This document shows, one piece after another, positions 11,627 through 22,831 of a DNA stretch of 64,000 nt. Positions within the stretch are counted from its first letter, which is position 1. Every line of letters starts with the position of its first letter. The DNA lies in the NCBI RefSeq assembly GCF_032191835.1, contig NC_083243.1, forward strand, positions 180,544,001 through 180,608,000, in the 5' to 3' direction. Under the pieces are notes generated by a model. That model was not told the DNA's origin. It saw only the letters and a list, made by a program, of their open reading frames with translations, and made no database searches. The position numbers were made by a program, and so were the translations under genes. Origin of the DNA: Heteronotia binoei. Its lineage: Eukaryota.

Positions 11627-12056
11627 TAAGGTTGCCAATCCCCAGTTGGGGGCAGGAGAGTCCCTGATTTGGAGGCTGTGCCCTGCTTCATGGTTATCAG
11701 AAAGTGGTGTGGGGGAATGGTCTCTAGGCACTCCATCACAGCTGTGGAGAATTGATCCATGGGTATCTGGAGTTTGAGGGGGGCTGTTTTTTGGAAGTAG
11801 AGGCACCAAATTTTCAGCATCGCATTTGATGCCTCTCCTAAAAAAAGTGCCCCAAGTTTTAAAAAGATTGGTACAATTCTATGAGCCCCTCAATAAAGTA
11901 TCCTCCTCCTCCATTATTTCCAATGGGAGGAAGACATTTAAAAGGAATGTGATGGCCAGAATTCCCTTTGGAGTTCAATCGTACTTTTCACAACCTCACT
12001 CCTGGCTCCACTCCCAGAAGCCCCAGATATTTCCTAAGTCAGACCTGGGAACCCTT
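11627..12056. mobile_element. hAT MITE family A
   Basis: Degenerate TIRs; TSD (A/G)GATCTTC. Confidence 0.8.
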
Positions 12057-12364
12057 GGATCTTCTCAAAAGACATGGTTTCTATAAGGTGGTAAGCAGAA
12101 TGCAGTGCAATAGTTGGTAGCTCTCCAACCACACCCCCATCAAGGAGACCCAGAGAATTAGTGGGGACTAAATAAGCTCCTTTCCAAGTCCTTACAAACC
12201 TCTGTGGGGCCTCTCTTGTTAACCTCAGCAGGCAGAGAAGACTTTACAGAATATATCCTTCAGACATGCAAGACCCAGGTCGTGTAAGGCTTTATAAATA
12301 TTTTCCAGTAACTTGCACACGGCCCTGGAACTTAACTGGAGCCAGAATTTTTTTTTTCCTGCAG

Positions 12365-12800
12365 AAAAAATAAGTTTATTTAATAATTCAGTCATTTACA
12401 ATTCTCCACAAATTTTGTAGCGGATATTCACAGGTTATGCAAGCGTCCAAGCATTTATGCAGTCGTTACAAATAAAATTACAACAATGTTCAGAACGAAA
12501 GGAAACTTATTAAACATATTCGGATACAGATTGTGTCACTAATTGAAAACGATTCTTCTCACAATGCGAATAACGTCTGACAGACAGGCTTCTTTAAAAT
12601 AAAACCAAACTAGATAAAAGCACATCATGTTGAGGTATGTCTAACTTTATGTTATCCATAGGAGCCTTAGTTATAAAAGGAAACCACTTCTTGGAGAGAA
12701 AGGAATTACTTCTGTCACTCTGGGTAGGATTCAAGTCAAAAGCCAGAATAGAGCAGCCAGAATGGAGCATAACATTGTCCTCTCTGATCCAGTGAAAGAA
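12365..12800 (-). mobile_element. Probable L1 3' fragment
   Basis: ...FLSKKWFPFI resembles the L1 ORF2 C-terminus, followed by an AT-rich UTR, AATAAA and an A-tail; inserted in an L2 relic (about 12100-13130). Confidence 0.35.
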
Positions 12801-13494
12801 GGTGCCCATATCCATTATTTCCTATGGAAGGAAGGAATTGAAAAGGTGTGCTGTCCCTTTCAATGTGATGGCCAGAACTCCCTTTGGAGTTCAATTATGC
12901 TTGTGACAGCCTTGATCTTGGCTCCACCCCTAATGTCTCCTTGCTCCACCCCCAAAGTCTCCTGGCTCCACCCTCAAAGTCCCCAGATATTTCTTGAATT
13001 GGACTTGGCAACCCTGTCCACAGCACTCTGAACTGGTTGCAAATCTGGAGACCAGTTCAATGGTTCTCCAATATGGACATGTCTGACTACCCTGGACAAC
13101 TGTGAGAATCAGTTCTGTGCTCTTATAGACGTCCCAAAACTTCTAATAGCAAACCAACTGATTTTTTCCCAAATATATCAGATGTATTTCAATCCTTGCA
13201 ATTTACACCCACAATTGGCTAATATTGGGTACAAGGGCCAACTTATAAAGCCTTGAGCAGGCAAAAACAATTACTATTAATTAACGCAACGACATTTTGT
13301 TTTATTGATATGTTTCCTGAAATTCCTGCTCCTTCATCCTTTGCCCCAGCGTCCCCTTCCTGCTTCCCCTCCTCCTCCAAACTAAGCTGAAGATGGGAGG
13401 GGGACAATGTTGTTTAGGCAACAAGACTGAGCTGAGAAATGGGTATCAAGAGTCCACAAGAAGAGGGGAAAGATCAGCTTGCCTCTCTCCCCTG

Positions 13495-13992
13495 GAGAGC
13501 CAGTTTGGTGTAGTGGTTAAGCGTGTGGACTCTTATCTGGGAGAACCGGGTTTGATTCCCCACTCCTCCACTTGCACCTGCTAGCATGGCCTTGGGTCAG
13601 CCATAGCCCTGGCAGAGGTTGTCCTTGAAAGGGCAGCTGCTGTGAGAGCCCTCTCCAGCCCCACCCACCTCACAGGGTGTCTGTTGTGGGGGAGGAAGGG
13701 AAAGGAGATTGTAGGCCGCTCTGAGCCTCTGTCCTTGAAAGGGCAGCTGCTGTGAGAGCCCTCTCCAGCCCCACCCACCTCACAGGGTGTCTGTTGTGGG
13801 GGAGGAAGGGAAAGGAGATTGTAGGCCGCTCTGCGCCTCTGTCCTTGAAAGGGCAGCTGCTGTGAGAGCCCTCTCCAGCCCCACCCACCTCACAGGGTGT
13901 CTGTTGTGGGGGAGGAAGGTAAAGGAGATTGTAAGCCGCTCTGAGACTCTTCGGAGCGGAGGGCGGGATATAAATCCAAGATCTTCTTCTTC
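13495..13992 (+). mobile_element. Squam3-type SINE with the same x3 internal array
   Basis: GAGAGCCAGTTTGGTGTAGTGGTTAAG head; three body units of about 120 bp; tail ATCTTCTTCTTC. Confidence 0.88.
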
Positions 13993-14370
13993 AAATGGCA
14001 CCATATGACATTTCTGCGATATACTGCTGCCATCTCTTATGACCCAAAGGCAGGGGTGCCAACTACAGATTGGGAAGTTCCTGGAAATTTTTGGGTTGTG
14101 AGATTTTGCAGGTAACTGCCTGCCTTCCTCCTTGAGGCCTGAGAACAGGTATCCTGGTGAGTCTGTGTCATATATTACAGGGTGTAGCCAGTGGTGGGAT
14201 TCAGCCGGTTCGCACCGGTTCTGCAGAACCAATACCTAATGTGCTATCGGTTCGGCAGAAGCGGTTGTTGGCCGGGCGCCTGCTTTTAATTTTTATCCAC
14301 AAAGGAGCCTCCAGCAGCCCGCCGCATCGCGGCGTGGCCGCCGGGGAGATTTTCCCCCCTCCGGAGGAGA

Positions 14371-14416
14371 GAGCGGCCAATCTAGCGCGCTTTTGGCGCG
14401 TTTGCAGGGGGCGGGG
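14371..14416 (+). promoter_or_regulatory. CCAAT, E2F-like and GC-box cluster in a CpG-rich segment of the hAT element
   Basis: GGCCAATC (CCAAT at 14377), TTTTGGCGCG (14391-14400), GGGGGCGGGG (14407-14416); motif match only. Confidence 0.3.
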
Positions 14417-15176
14417 CTTCTGTGTGCCTTCAGAAGCCTCCGCTCTGTGTTAAGAGCGGCGTGCTGCGTGCATCGCCTTCGCCGTCCTCAGGACTCAGGA
14501 GCCCTCCTCTGCAGCTGATTTCCAGCGCTCAAGATTTGTGGGCCACGCATGCAGGGAGACCGAGGCTTCGCTCAGCTGCCGCGGCTTGGAGGACTTTCCC
14601 TTCAGAAGGTTCCTTTTGGCTTTTTTTTTTTAGCTTGTTATATTTTCTTTAAAATGGTAGTTGATATTAATTATTTTTTCTATATCACCCTGGGAAGTGC
14701 CAGTATATTATGAACACGAATTTACAAGCCTCGCATGGAGCCCTTCAATGAGAAATGAGCCTCTGAATGCTTATAGTACCAGTTTTATAAAACTGAAGGC
14801 TTATAGTACCAGTTTTATAAAACTGTACCAGCGGCCTGCTCCTCTCCCCTCCCGTCCCCTCGGGTAAAAGCAGAGAAGAGGGTGGAGGCAGGCCAGGACT
14901 TGGACTTGGGGCTGCTAAAGCGGCAGCAGCGCACAGCGGCCTGCTCCTCTCCCGTCCCGTCCCCTCAGGTAAAATCAGAGAAGAGGGTGGACTCGGCTGA
15001 CTCACTTTTGTGCATTGGCCCTGAAAGATGACAGAGGGGTATGATGCTAAAAATATTTGCATGTGCGCCTGGAGCACACAAGGAGCAAGGGCCAGATATT
15101 CCATGGATTGTGAGTACCTAGTTAGTGCCTTTCATTTTGTTTATTTTCCTCAGTGCACCTGGATTTACCTTGTAGT

Positions 15177-15683
15177 TAGGGTTGCCAATCCCCAGGTGGG
15201 GGCAGGGATCCCCTGGTTTGGAGGCCCTCCCCCTGCTTCAGGGTCGTCAGAAAGCAGGGGGGGGAGGGAAATGTCTGCTGGGAACTCTGTTATTCCCTAT
15301 GGAGATTTATTCCCATAGAAAATCATAGAGAATTGATCTGCAGGTATCTGGGGCTCTGGGGGGGGCTGTTTTTTGGGGTAGAGGCACCAATTTTTCAATA
15401 TAGCATCTAGTGCCTCTCCCCAAAATACCCTCCCAGTTTCAAAAAGATTGGAGCAGGGGGTCCAATTCTATGAGCCCCAAAAAGAAGGTGCCCTTATCCT
15501 TCATTATTTCCTATGAAAGGAAGGCATTGAAAAGGTGTGCCGTCCCTTTAAATGTGAGGGCCAGAACTCCCTTTGGAGTTCAATTATGCTTGTCACAGCC
15601 TTGATCTTGGCTCCACCCCTAATGTCTCCTGGCTCCACCCCCAAAGTCCCCATGTATTTCTTGAACTGGACTTGGCAACCCTA
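15177..15683. mobile_element. hAT MITE family A inside the large hAT element
   Basis: Full-length match to 3860-4367 in the opposite orientation; no TSD read. Confidence 0.85.
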
Positions 15684-16014
15684 GCTGGGTGACCTAGATA
15701 GATCATGCCCCCCCCCCCTCAACCCTGAGCCTATAGACACCTTTGAAATTCTGATGCATAGCCACAAAATATCTACCATAAAATGGCAGCTACAAAATGG
15801 AGCCAGCTACAAAATGGCTGCCACAGCTTCAGTCACACAGTGAAGATCCTTGAATTCAGCCAATCAAATACCCAGTGGCCATTCAGAAGTCTTGCTAGGC
15901 AAAAACTCTATCTGACTCCACCCACTTTATAAAAAACACTCAGTGGATGTCAGAAAAGCTGTTAGCAGACATCATTCATGGCCCTCATGGATGGATGGAT
16001 GGACGGACACTTCC

Positions 16015-16370
16015 TGTTCTTTTTTTTATTTTTTATTTTAGTTTCCAAAGATCTTTTTTCTTCTTGTCAAACCAAGGGATAGCATTACATATCCATACAA
16101 TACAATCAGAAGTACTAAATCAAGTCAGTTATCACTCACCAAATGAGTTATAATACCATATACGTTTCTCAGCTTGCGATTGTTAACAAAACGTAATCAA
16201 AAGAATAACAGCTCCTTATAAAAAGCGTGCCTTGGAATAATATCTTGTTCACTTAGGTACTCAACCACAGGAAGCCAGACACTCTCTGTTCTTGTCAACA
16301 GTTTTAGCCGTATGATTTCCACTGTTGCTTTCTGTGGCTTTGTTTGGTAGATTGAAATAGCTGAGATAAG
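16015..16370 (-). mobile_element. Probable L1 3' fragment inside the large hAT element
   Basis: Gapped ...W.PVVEYL motif, then UTR and A-rich tail. Confidence 0.3.
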
Positions 16371-17246
16371 CAAACTTGAAATTATTCCAATTCAAATACA
16401 TGTAGTCTCTGTGTGTGTGTGTGTGTGTTTGTGTATCTCTGGAGGATATTCAGAGAGGTGGCTTGATCCAGCTTGTCTTCCCACCTTTCGGTATATCTTT
16501 TGGTATAGTTAAAATGGTCATTAGGACATAGAACCTGTTGTTAATTTATTTGAATCCCACCACTGGGTGTAGCCCATGTTATCAATGACCCTCTCAGTTG
16601 CCCAGCTAGTTACTTTTGGAAGGGGGCTGGGAGTCATCAACCTCCTTCCTCATGGCTTGGTGCGTGTTTCCATTAGTGCTTTAATCATCATCAGCGGTCA
16701 TCATATTTTATTCCATTTCTACCAGGCATTGTTTAGGCATCTATCTGATTTTTCTTCACCAAGGCTTATCTACAACAGCCTGGTTAGATAAAGGGATTGA
16801 CAGATCTAGGCACACAATGAATCTGTGTCAATTAGCCTACAAGGTAAGTTTTCCCCCTATTAAGCAAGGAAGAAGTAATTCCTGTCCTCTCCAAGTTTCT
16901 TATTTGTCATTCCAAGTTTCTTATCTGTCATTTGCCTGTTTAACATCCTACACAATGAGTCAGCTCTATGGCACCTTCCAGAGACCAATCACAGAGGTTC
17001 TGTTTTGTTATTGGATTGTTACTTAGGGTCATTGGATTTTGTTGCTTGTCACTGATGGCTGTTTGACAACTATTGCTTGGTCTACATTATTTAAGCCAAT
17101 TGTACAAAGATTGCTGTTTGTGCGCGATTTTCCGTTTCCATAATGCTCTCCCTGCCACTCTAAGAGACACAACCAAGTTTCATTTACCGCACTTACCCAT
17201 ATGGGAGATGAACAAGTTCCTCCTTTGGTCATTTCAATGGAAGCGC

Positions 17247-17446
17247 TAGGGTTTTCAGCCTCCAGGTGTGGCCTGGAGATCTCCAGCTGGCAGAGATCAG
17301 CTCCCCTGGAAAAAAATGGCTGCTTTGAAGGGTGGACTTTATGGAACTGTACCATGTTGAGGCCTCTCCCTTCCCCAAACTCTGCCCTTTCCTGGATGCA
17401 CCCCCAAAGTCTCCAGAAATGTTCCAACACAGACCTGGCAACCCTA
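17247..17446. mobile_element. hAT MITE family B
   Basis: TSD GGAAGC(G/A)C; a related partial copy lies at about 20593-20790. Confidence 0.82.
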
Positions 17447-18829
17447 GGAAGCACTCACACAGAGGGAGACAGCAATTGTGTTGCTTCTGCTTGTAAAATC
17501 CAAGGCTCTTAGCTAAGAAGTGATTTATAACCCCACAGTTCAGTGGTTAGATCCAGGGGCCATAAACTGGGCCTTTTGTTCTTTAGGGGCCTGTTTGAGC
17601 TCAGTACTAGGGCATCAGTTTTGTATAGATAAAATCCCAGGCTCTTTCCCAAGGAACTTTGGGTACAGGTATATGCCTGAGTGTACCAATAGCCTGACAT
17701 AGTATGAAGCAGCTCATAATATCTTTGTTATGACTGGGATGATTGATCAACAGATAACTGAAGACAGCGGTGTTGCACATTAAGTTTATCAAGGGATAAT
17801 TATAATTATCACATAACTGATTTACCATGTGAAATTGAGTTCACCCTTAATTACACTTTGGGAAGCTTGAACCCATTCCTATTAATTTCCGAAGCGGAGA
17901 AAAAAAAAATCACTGCTGTGTAACTTCCTCTTATCACTTTTGTGGATTGTATCTTTGTTTTGAATACAACCATAGACCATGTTTATTCAGAGCGGAAATC
18001 CACTGAAACAAACTCTATGATGCGGTAAAGCTCAACACAAGAGGGTTTCTTTGGAACAGGGGCCCTCCGTCTGACAGAGCTTTGAGCTTTTAACCCTTGC
18101 GAAGAACTGTGTGGCAACACTTATTCACCACATGTTTTTGTCATGCTGACCCACACGCAGGACATTCCCCCACAGGTCTGTTGTTCCAGCTCGCCTTCTT
18201 ATCAGTTTTCCTTCCAATGTAGCCATTCCTACATTCTCCTGAGTGTACCAGTATCAACAAGTAGGAAAGGAGCTCAGCTATTGAGAGCAGACAGTTACAA
18301 CAGGGTCTGTCTCTGCAGAGGAATAATTATATAAGAAATAAGTTGGAGAGACAAAAGACGACGGCGATGGAGCAGAATGCTGGACACGCTGCAAGTTTAT
18401 TTTTTCTTCTTTACTGAGACTAATAGTTTATAACTTCGCAACCTCCCTGCTATTTATCTCTGTCCCTCGGCTGTGTTGTTTATAATTTATTTATTATTGT
18501 TTGAACTCTTGCTGAAAGACTGTTTTATTGTTATGGGCTGTTATCTTGCTGAGTTCCAAGAGTAGTGAAATCACTTGTAAATTACTCCCAGTCTTAGCAG
18601 TGGTAAACTGCCACGTGACTTAGAGGATAGAAACATACAGCCAGCACAAAAACAAAGACTGGAGAGTATTTTATTTGTAGCAAGAAGGATGCTTTTAATA
18701 TATCTACTTCAAATCGCTACTCCCCGCCCCCCCCCCCAGCAGGTGTGGACACTGAGTGTGTGAGAATGGAAGATTTAGTGAGAGATGCTGACGCTCTGTC
18801 AGATTTGGTAAATGAAGAGTCCATCACTT

Positions 18830-19426
18830 TGTCATGGGTGCTGGGGGCCCTGCAGAAGAAGCCGAGCCTGCAGAAGAAACTGTGCCCCTGCCACCTGCAC
18901 CAGGGCCCCTGCCTCCTGCTGGAGAAGATCCAAGCCCCCCTGCCTCGCCCTCTCGGGTGGCTCGTGTGCGTGACCGCCTTCGTCAGGACCTCAGGGATCG
19001 GAGGAGGGCGGCACGCTCACGAGCAAGACGCTCCCTGAGCCCTGAGTTTTGAAAGGATTCTGGCCCTTCTAGGAGTGAGGATGCTTGAGTCTCAGCAGGA
19101 TCCTGGCTGCCTTTCTGAGCCAGCAATTAGCCCAAATGGGCAACAGACAGCAGAGGGCTATATAGCTGTGGGCTTTGGGAGGAGGCTTCGTGGAAGCAAC
19201 TAGTCACTTATCTGACGTTCTAGCATCCACTTTGGCTTTTGACTTTGGCTTCTGGACCCCCTGACTTTGGCTTTGACTTCTGGACCCCCTGACTTCGGCT
19301 TCTGAACCTCTGACCTGCGATACCTGGACGGTGATTTGGTTTTGGCGCTTTGGACCCTCCTTGCTACCCAGCTACAGCCCTTGGACTGCCTCTGGACTTC
19401 GCCTGGCCTGGCCCCAGCCTGTGACA
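18830..19426 (+). repeat. Solo LTR of a Gypsy family related to the chromovirus; contains a 72-aa ORF (18834-19052)
   Basis: TGTCATG...TGTGACA with 5-bp TSD CACTT (18825-18829 and 19427-19431). Confidence 0.92.
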
Positions 19427-19817
19427 CACTTCTACAGTGAGTAAATACTCTGAACTTACTGCCCTAACAGTAGCTCGTGTCTTTGAGTTGCTGAATGTTC
19501 TAAAAAACTCCACTGATAAGCTGGCACAGGCAGTTTCAAGACTGTCTGATGAGACCCAACTCAAGAACTTCCCTACCTCAGCTCAGGGCGGTGACCTCCA
19601 AGGATCTGTGAGTTCTGTTACACTGGCAGCAGATTGCTCTTTACCACAGACAAAGCCACCAAAGGATAAGGGCAAAGAGCGGCTGCAGAGTTCCCAGTGC
19701 TTGACTTTACGACTGCATAGAGTATGTCTCTTAATATGCCATCAGAGGCTATTTGCAGTCCTGGAGATCTAAATGGTAGGCTAGCAGACACCTGAGGAGT
19801 GTGCTCAAAGGTGTAAG

Positions 19818-20383
19818 CAGGGCCGGCCCTAGAGCGCATAGTGCCCCAGGCGGATACCGCCTGCCGTGGCCCACCCGTTGATCAGCAGATCGACGGATAA
19901 AATGCTGCTGCCCCCTCCCTTTCTGCGGCGCTGCGCTCCACCCCCTCACCCCCGGCATGCTGAGCGCAGCTAGAATTGGCCCTACCCTTATACTCAGCCC
20001 GTGCCTCTCAGTGTTCTTCTCCCTCACTTCCAGAAGTGAGCAACACTGCTAGGCGCAGGCAGAGTTTAAGGGCAGGGCTGATTCTAGCCGCGCTCGGCGT
20101 GCGGGGAGGGGGCAGCAGAGCATGATGCCACCCCAGAAGGGAAGGGAGGGAGCAGTGGCAGCAGCATTTTACCGCTGATCAGCTGATCGGCAGGAGAGGG
20201 TTAAAGTGGCCAGGAATTGGCATAGAAGGGAAGGGTGGGAGGAAGGCAACGGTGTGTGTGTGGGGGGTGTAAACTAGGCATTTGCCTTGGGTACAGGGAG
20301 GGAGGGAGAGCCCAATTTGGCATCCACTTCCTCCCGGCACCCTAGGCAATTGCTTAGTTTGCCTAGTGGGTGAGCCAGCCCTG
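19818..20383. mobile_element. hAT (Tip100/MER45-like) non-autonomous element
   Basis: TIR CAGGGCCGGC / GCCAGCCCTG; perfect TSD GGTGTAAG. Confidence 0.88.
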
Positions 20384-22799
20384 GGTGTAAGACAGCCTTT
20401 GGACCTTAGTTCAGTGGAAGTACTGAAGGATATAAAGCAGTTCCAGAGAGTCATATTCACATTTGAAAGCTCTGTTTTTCCTTCCCTGATCCTGACTCAG
20501 AAACCCAGCTTGAGACTTAAAGGGATTTGTCCAACAAGAGCATTTACAAACGTAGAAATCATCCCTCTTCTACCTAATCTATGCTTTTTCTCCAGGTTGG
20601 CCCTGGAGATCTCCTGCTTTTACAACTGATCTCCAACGGACAGAGATCAGCTTCCCTGGAGAAGATGGCTGCTTGGAAAGGCGGATTCTATGGTATTGTA
20701 TGATGCTGAGGCTTCTCCCCTCCCCAAACCCCACCTTCTCCTGGATCCTTCCCCAAAGTCGCCAGGTATTTTCCAACCCAGACCTGACAGTCCTTGTGAT
20801 ACTTCAGTGGCTGCCTGTTAGCAGAGCCATGGAGAAGCCTGGAATTTGAATGAAGGCTGCTGATGGCGAGTGACTCCTTACAAAGTACCCACTCACTTTC
20901 ATAAAGGGGAGTAACAAGAAAAGTCCTGGCCGGTGCCATGGGCGCCCAAGGGCACCATGTTGGGTCTACATTGCCTAAATTGGTCATCTGAACGGCACCC
21001 TCTGCTGCCCACTCTGCCCTCCACTGAGCCTGGATTTGTCACAAGTTCCAAACGTCTGCAGCTTCCAAATGGTGCAGTGAAGTTGCAGGAGTTCATCTCG
21101 ACTCGGTATGGAGGAGGCAGCAGCCGGTCCTTTCTGTGCCACTTGCTCAGCCTTCGGCACTGCAGTTGAAATTCATCCCCCAAAAGGCACAGCTCCTGGC
21201 TCAAATAAAAACCTTCACTGTTCAAAGAACCCGGTCAGAGAGCAACTAGCAATTTATCAACATTGCTTGGCATGGAAAACGGAAACTTTGCCTCCTGCGT
21301 TGGAAGTCCAAAAAGGTCACCAACGTTTACCACTACCTATATGGGAAGAAGCTTTGAAAGGTTCAGTTAGCATAGGGATCGGGCAGCAGTGATAGGGGAG
21401 GAAAGAAGGTTCTTTCAGAACAGCCATTGTGCTGCAAAACAGGATAACGAATGAGTTAATTACACCAGTGGTTTAGACCGATGCAACCCATCTGCTGCTT
21501 TGATTAATTAAAATCCTCACTGACTACGTCTTTAGGCTGAAAGCAATTAATGGTCAGTATCCTCGATCCAATTATCTGTTTCTCCTGAAGTTTTTTAGAG
21601 GAAAAAATCTGGATGGGGGCTGCGTTGCCAACATTATACTGGATTGTGTTGGTATAATACTGATGGGACAAGTCCATGAATCATATCATATTTTTCTGCC
21701 AAGCCCTTTCCCCAAGACCATATGGAATATAAACCAAGCCACTTAGATCAACGCTTGACATCAAGATGAATCACAGAGTAGAGCCATAAGGTTCAGCTTA
21801 GAGCAAAGTTTAAATTGAAGGAATCCCGACACAGGGTTGAGGTTCTACGCACCGGTCTGTCTTCTCTGACAGTGGTCATTTATTTTATACGCTTCTCTTT
21901 CCACAATCATTTACTACAAGCATGTAGAACAAGGAGACAGATGTTTACCTTTAGCTCTAACACAATATGTATTCCAGGAAGGAGGTGAAAGGTAGCACTC
22001 TAAGAGCATCAGCTCTCTTGCATAAGGGCAAAGTACACAGTCTTAAGGCTGCCTTCTAAGTCTATAGAATTCAGGACAAGGCTGGCGTGCCAAAGCTTTG
22101 ACTTTTCCTTCATAAATTCCCTTCTGCCCTCTACACCACATTGGCCCTCAGTCATCCTTTCTGTCTCAAGCGTCTGCCTGGAAAACTAGTATATTTCAAA
22201 AATTATTACATCAGCTCAGAGACACAGAAAACTGTTCATGTGAGCAAGCAAATGTGATAACAAGAGGTTTGCGAATGGAAGATTCTTCTGCAGCTTTCTT
22301 TATGCATTCTAAATATGGTGCGGCCAACACAACTGAATACGCACCTATTAAAAATAGCTGGACGGATGGAAATCCCATGACAATGGATGAATTCAGACAA
22401 GGACTAATTCCAGAAGAATGGTCAAGTTCGTTGCAGCAAATATGTATTGTGGTAATAAGTTGTGATTTACCATGGTAAGCATGAATGTATGTGGGGAACC
22501 TGTCATTGGGAACATATTCCCATATTAGGGTGATTTTTACCCCACTTCCCTGGGTTTCTGACTGTAGAGGTATAGAACAGTTCTTCTCTTCATGTGGGTT
22601 TAAGTTGAATGAAGGTGATGTCCCTTTAAATTTTTATGCCATGCCTCATGACAGGAAGCCTGATAAACAATTTAGCCCTGTTGAAATGTCTTTAAAGTGA
22701 TCACTGTGGAACACGTGTTGTTTAGTGAGTGTCTTCCAAATTTACATAGAACAAGTTTAGTAAAGAGAAGAAAGTTTGATTACACTTGTTACCAGACAG

Positions 22800-22831
<32 letters not shown>

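Larger units (their letters stand above)
14189..16565. mobile_element. Large non-autonomous hAT element carrying internal cargo and later insertions
   Basis: 15-bp TIR CAGTGGTGGGATTCA / TGAATCCCACCACTG with perfect 8-bp TSD GGTGTAGC (14181-14188 and 16566-16573). Confidence 0.88.
18745..20580 (+). pseudogene. Decayed ORF, probably a LINE ORF1-like relic, interrupted by the solo LTR and a hAT element
   Basis: The frame is continuous after excising the LTR; a coiled-coil-like segment is followed by ...ASRHLRSVLKGVRQPLDLSSVEVL...RVIFTFESSVFPSLIL..K..L.LKGI.P.R.F. Family assignment is from memory only. Confidence 0.45.

Noticed and set aside
15760-15835. Three YY1-like AAAATGG motifs as an enhancer
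   Set aside because: They lie in a common MITE body (related sequence at about 53290-53340), so the clustering is a repeat-family trait with no locus-specific evidence.
16439-16463. 25-bp exact match with 53650-53674 (CTGGAGGATATTCAGAGAGGTGGCT) as a long-range direct repeat
   Set aside because: It resembles part of a common Sauria-SINE/RTE-type tail, so independent fragments are the simpler explanation.
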